DNA of 64,000 nucleotides from the human T2T-CHM13v2.0 reference genome, Homo sapiens, in NCBI RefSeq assembly GCF_009914755.1, contig NC_060930.1; one strand, given 5' to 3'. Positions 56,636 through 64,000 of the stretch are shown here, piece after piece. The position numbers and the translations under genes are program-made. Position 1 is the first letter of the stretch. The number at the start of each line of letters is the position of its first letter. The notes under the pieces are model-generated. The model ran no database searches. It saw only the letters and a program-made list of their open reading frames with translations, and had not been told where the DNA came from.

Positions 56636-57448
56636 ACAACTTTGGGCTTGGTAATGTGATGAAGTAGGGGAAGAGTACGGAAGATGAGAGATGGAACTTG
56701 GGAAAACATGCCATCATGAATTGTGCTCTGATATAAACATGGAAGCAAAATTAAAATTGACTGCAGCACTGCAGAGCAATTCCTGTAACTGTGTGTCTCC
56801 AGGCTTCTCCCTCCTCCACCTTCTTGTATCAGTACACTGTCTTCCTCCAGCACACATAATGAACCGTATATTGTTCAATCAATCTGTCTTTTCAGATGTG
56901 TCCCTGTTTGGGTTTGTCTCAGAGATAGTAAAAAAGAAAAAAAAGAAAGAAAGACAAAAGGCTTCTGTTTCAAGCATTCTTTTTTTCTGGATGGTTTTTT
57001 GAAGTTTGTGGTCAAATTATAACTTGGTAAGAAGCTGGTGGCTCAGCAGCCTAGGCGGTGGTAGGTACTTTTAATTATTCATCAGTATTTATTTGGGAAA
57101 TTTTGTTTCTTTTTTTCTAGTCTTTTAGCAGAGACTCAATTTATGCCACTCAAATCATTCCAAGGCAATTCATGATTCTTTGAAAGAAACAGGCTTTCTC
57201 TTACCCGTTTTTCTGCTCAGCATGTTTTATAAAAATTATTGAGACACTTTTGTTAGCTTAAGGTCCATCTCCCACCCTTTATTAACCAGGAGCTTTGCAG
57301 GAGACAGTGCTAATGTGAAGTGTTTTTCAACTATCCCATCAAACAAGGGTTCTGAAGGCTCCTCCCAAGAATGGGGCTCCCTGCTCCTCTTGATATCCTT
57401 ATGAGAGGCCATTGTGGGAAACAGAAGCTCTGTGGAGCCTTTCATCCC

Positions 57449-57638
57449 ATGAGTTAAGATGGGAGGCTGTGAGGAGGAAGAAAATAGGTTTGGCTTGGGA
57501 AGTGTTAAGTTAAAATGTTTGTGGGACATCTAGTATGACATGTTCGGTAAGATGGATAGGGAAAAGGAATCTTGCCTAGGGAGAGTTTAGAATAAGCAAA
57601 GAAGCCCAACGTTTGAGGATGAAGTTGGGGAAGAGGAG
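57449..57638 (+). repeat. 190-bp direct copy of 54186-54375
   Basis: Ungapped, 13 mismatches by manual alignment (93%). Confidence 0.95.
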
Positions 57639-57834
57639 GCCTCAAAGCCCCAACAAAGCCCAGGCAGTCAGAGTGCAGCACTGGCATTTTCAAAGCACTC
57701 TGCCATCATTAATTGGTTAAGTTATAACAGGGCTTTGGGAATTAGATAAGTCTTTGCCCCACTTTTTCTCATTTGAAGATGTTTGTTCAGATAGATGGAG
57801 GGGGAATATCTGCCTCTCAGAAAGAGCTTTTGTG

Positions 57835-58080
57835 GCAGACGTGGCAAGCTATGGGTTTCCCAGTCAGACAGCCTGGGGTGGAGTCCTGGCTGCTCCTCAT
57901 CGGGGATTTAACACTGGGCAAGTTACTCAGCCTCTCTGAGATGCAGATTTCTGATGTGTAAGTGGGGACTTATGCACTTTAGAGAGTTATGTGAGATTTT
58001 AAAAATGAGATTATAGGTGTATGTAAAGATGCCTAGTACACGATATACTGTATACATAACTAATGGCAACTACTGTCATT
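57835..58080 (+). mobile_element. MIR
   Basis: cagtcagacagcctggg...ctgggcaagttactcagcctctctgag. Confidence 0.8.
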
Positions 58081-58489
58081 GTGAAGAATAATGCAAGGGG
58101 CTTGGATCTTCTGTTAAGATACATCATAGTTTTCTGTATTACTTAGGCAAAACCAATTTGAACCCTAGTCCTAGAGAGCTCACATTGCTGCCCCTCTTCC
58201 TGTCTCCCAATCCCATCCACAGTTCTGATGGGATAATTATTTTACCATCCACACCAGAAAATTTTTAAGTTCCATTTAACAAATTTAATGATCCCCTCCC
58301 ATTTCTGACTTCTTTGCTTCGGGTAGGCGGTTTCTTCTCTCTCACCCTTGCCAAGGAACCCTTTCTCTATTCCTGATTCAGGTAATCCATTATCATGGCC
58401 TCCATTGGTTTTCTTGGTTTCCACTTCACTGTGGACAGGCCTAACTTTTAGAACTCAAAAAGTGAAGAAATCCTCTCTTCCTGGCCACT

Positions 58490-58785
58490 CTTTTTTTTCT
58501 TTTTCTTTGAGACAGGGTTTCACTGTCACCCAGGCTGGAGTACAGTGGAGGGATCTTGGCTTACTGCAACCTCCGCCTCCCAGGCTCAAGGGAACCTCCC
58601 ACTTCAGCCTCCTGAGTAGTTGGGATTACAGGTGAATGCTACCATGTACGGCTAATTTTTGTATTTTTTGTAGAGGTAGGGTTTCATCATGTAACCCAGG
58701 CTGCTCGAACTCCTGGGCTTAAGCTATCCACCAGCCTCGGCCTCCCGAAGTGCTGGGATTAGAGGCATGAGCCACTGCTTGCAGC
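58490..58785 (-). mobile_element. Alu (Jb-like)
   Basis: Diverged antisense dimer. Confidence 0.9.
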
Positions 58786-59272
58786 CCTGAAAATCATTCT
58801 TACTGCTATGAGCACATAACTTGCCTTACTGACATTGACAAGTTGTGCAAGCCTTCCCAATCTTTCCTACAGTGTGGCATGCCGAGAAAATGATAACATT
58901 TGTAGACAAACTTGGGTAACAGATGAGGTTACTTACGGATAGCGCTCTGTCCAGCTGCCCTGAGGACTGAACATTGTCCAGGGCACATTTCTAAGGTGGG
59001 CTGGGTGTTGTTGACCATGAGTAGCTTCATTCAATAGATTTTTATTCATCACTGTGCTAGCCCTAGTTATATAATGGTGGACAGAACTCATTTCCTGCCC
59101 CCCAGGAGCTGTATTCCCTTAGTACACATGTTAACAGAAATGTCGAGGTGGCAAAATATAGTAGAAAGAAATTGGTCTTTGTGGAATCTGTCAGTTTTGG
59201 GTTCAATTCTGGTTCACCCATTTGCTAGCTAATGTGAACTCGAGCAAATTACTGAACTTCTCTGATTTTTAG

Positions 59273-59731
<459 letters not shown>

Positions 59732-61130
59732 TAAATAGGAGGATTTATCTGCAAATGACCAGTTGAGTTCTTTCCAAAAATTCCTGAACACATTCTGAAG
59801 GCCTAGGACAATTTTCATCTTGACTGTATTAGAATATAAATGGTATATCACCCCTGACTCCAATTCAGAGAAATATTTGTGATTACCTACCAGAATTATA
59901 GATTTCCTCATTCATTTATTAATACAAATAATTACTGCATCCTCATTATATGTCAAGATGGTGTGCTCAGCTTTGAGAGTGTCGTAGTTTGTGTTATAGT
60001 AGGGTCTCCATGGACCAGCTCATTAGCTGGACAACAAAGAACTGGAACTCAGCTGTTCAATTTTCTTACCTTGTGCTTTCTCCAAGTCATGCCGTGATGC
60101 TATTCATCACAGGAGATAAAAGGATAAATAAGGTACACCCGTGCGCTTCTGCAAACTGAGAACCTGACTAAATTAAGGTATTTAAGCAACTTTACTTTGA
60201 TGAATTAAGTCAGCAGCACTAACTTCTCTAGTATTAGGGAGGGGTTTTTTTTTTTTTACATATCTCAAGTTAAAATTAATAATATTATGAATTTAGAATT
60301 ACCCTAAATATTTCCCTGAATTTTAAAATAAATAATCTGACTTCCAGTTGCAAATGGCCAGATTATCTCTCCCAGGGCTTGGTATTCTTACTGTCCATCT
60401 GTTTCTCTATCTCTCTGCACACACAGACATAAACACAGACACACATGAGCTAGTGCTAAAGGTCATATCCAAAATATTTGCAGTGAGAAGAGGAAAAATA
60501 GATGAAATACATGTGTTTTGTTTTTTTAGCCTACTATCTTGAAGGCCAGTTCTTTAAGAGAAGTCCATTGGCTTGCTTAGTCAGAGAATTCCTAAAGTTT
60601 TGTAGTTTGCTCAAGATCTATGTTAAACAAATCCTCTTTCTGTTCTGTTCAAGGCAGAGATTTTATTTACAATAACAATTTGCCTGAAGTCAGATAGAAC
60701 TAATAGAAGCATAAGCAAGCTTTTAACTTGCAAACTGTTCTTTTCTTTTACAGATAGTAATTGGCATTTGGCCTTTATACATGAAAATTTGGGACTTTCT
60801 CTATATTTTCATACTCAAACAAATAAACTGAATATATAATATCTTCCCCAAGAGAAAATAAGCTGGTTTTGGGTTTCTTATGGTTTCAGATGAAGTATAA
60901 TAGCATGAGACCAAAAGCTGTAGATCTTTTCTATGAATTGATGAAGACTCAAGTGAAATAATTCTTAATTTATACAAGGGCAACTAAAGTTTGCATAGAA
61001 AATTAATGTCTTGGTTTTCTCTTCTTTAAAATGTGGACAAGCTAATTAAATGTGCTGTGTAAGACATTTAAAACAATGTTTGACAGATAATAAGTATTCA
61101 ATAAATGTTAACTATTTATTATGAGAAAAT

Positions 61131-61787
<657 letters not shown>

Positions 61788-62042
61788 TAAAAGATACTGT
61801 TTTATGGATAACCGCTATTAAGGAAAGGTTTTATACATTTTATGATGTTTTATATCACACATCTTCCAGTGATTAATGAAGTGAAACTACAGTCATTCTG
61901 GCTGCATTTGCAACAGAGATACTAGTTTCTCAGTTGGCTTCTAAGAACCAACATTACGTTTTTGAACATATGATAAGAAATACGTTTGGAACAAACAGCT
62001 GATGGTATTACTAGTGGTACGTCATCTCAAAAGCACAGGTGT

Positions 62043-62374
<332 letters not shown>

Positions 62375-62962
62375 GAAAGCACAGGTGTAAAAAAACAAAA
62401 TAATTCAAAGTCAGCTTGGTTTCTGAGGCTTCTCTTGCTTTTGTCTTATCTTCTGGTGTGTCCCCCTGCTTTAGCCCAAGGCCAAGTGTGCTGATAAAGG
62501 GAAGCAGGTTTATTGCCCCAAATTCAGAGATGGGGCCATAAAGGAAAAACATCCAGTGTAGAGAAATTTTAATTATATTTCAAGTGCATGAGTGTTTTAG
62601 TATGTCATGCAACATAATTCTTGGATTTAAAAAAAATTCCAGAAGGTTGAGGCAGAATGGTATTCTGTGGTGTTTGTGTGCATTTAATGGTGGAGTGGGT
62701 GGGTGACAGAGAGTACAGAGACTCATGGATTTCAGACAACATATGAACAGTACTGCTTTCCCAGGGCTGATGGACATTTGACAGATTGGTAAATATCACT
62801 GTACTAAAATACATTCAATCCAAGCATTTGTGAAAAGGAAAATGCAGTAATTCCAGCAAATAAAAGGAGTATATATTTAATGTTTGGGAGCTTCTAATTA
62901 ACTTCAAGGAGTCTAAGGCATTTCTTAGGGGAAAAAAATAATTAGATAACTACAGTTTGTCA

Positions 62963-63298
<336 letters not shown>

Positions 63299-63344
63299 TC
63301 AGCAATGGAAAGACAAATTGGTACAAAATTATTTTCACCACTAC

Positions 63345-63376
<32 letters not shown>
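63345..63376. repeat. (CAT)10 microsatellite
   Basis: Read directly. Confidence 0.95.
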
Positions 63377-63884
63377 ACTGTGTTATCACATCAAGGGTCA
63401 GGTTCTTCTCTAGGTTGTTTCTTGGCTGTTTCCAGTTCCTTCCCTTATTTTTTCTCTCCTTCAGAAGACATCTCTTTGGATGTCACAAAGTCACAATGAG
63501 AGGAAACTGGATAGAGAAGAGGAAGAGAGAAAGAGTGAGCTAAACAGTTTCTAGAGCCTTGAGAAAAGCTCTGGGAGCATGTTTCTGCCAGCTTTAATGT
63601 ACTCTTGAGAGTTGAACAAGTTTTGTAATTATGTCTGTTACAGTGAGTTCTGAACTACACTTAACCTCTGTTGTCTCCTCAGACACAGTGAGCTCTGTAT
63701 AGATATTTTTTAGTGGATTAAGCAAGGAGTCACAATTGTTTGAATTCGTAGTGTGAATAAAAATGAAACTTTGGCAATTTAGGGCAAGTTGAACTTGAAA
63801 GACCTGAAGAAGTTATGTCACTCTAAGATTCGGTGAGTCTTTAGATTCCAGCCATCAGACAGCACTCCCTGAATTCTGTTTCCT

Positions 63885-64000
63885 GTGTTAGGAGTCAGAA
63901 AATGACTTCAAGTCCCGGTTAAGCCATGAAGTGGCCTTGTTACCTTGGCAAGTCTCTGCTTTCTCCCTGTAAAACGAGGAGTGTAGATTAGGCTGGTGCT
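63885..64000 (+). mobile_element. MIR fragment
   Basis: ggagtcagaaaatgac...accttggcaagtc...ccctgtaaaacgagg. Confidence 0.55.

Noticed and set aside
61840-62005. Possible C/D snoRNA (ATGATG...CTGA)
   Set aside because: Box C not canonical, no terminal stem, spacing unconvincing.

Overview
Primate (human-like) non-coding genomic DNA dominated by interspersed repeats. I count about 50 Alu copies or fragments (about 36 on the minus strand, 14 on the plus strand), many with readable target-site duplications (TSDs). There are also old L1, L2 and MIR remnants, hAT DNA-transposon remnants (Charlie1-like, MER33-like), solo LTRs (MER50-like, MER39-like, several MLT1/MaLR) and a 5.4-kb ERVL (LTR16/HERV16-like) block with a decayed protease/RT region. 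I find no credible protein-coding exon; the long ORFs in the track are Alu read-throughs or low-complexity artefacts. I cannot name the locus and cannot demonstrate a new biological system. The best oddities are: (1) a poly(A)-tailed retrocopy of the 3' end of tRNA-Asn inside L1 ORF1; (2) a near-perfect 35-bp-stem hairpin at an L2 3' end, resembling a pre-miRNA; (3) a 190-bp, 93%-identical, ungapped non-tandem duplication 3.26 kb apart; (4) two ERVL 5' ends fused in opposite orientation; (5) a perfect p53 consensus in a MaLR LTR; (6) a candidate TATA/C-EBP/FOXA promoter and several well-bounded non-coding + strand exon candidates. Repeat family and subfamily names are recalled from consensus sequences, not searched. 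Boundaries of old repeats are approximate.
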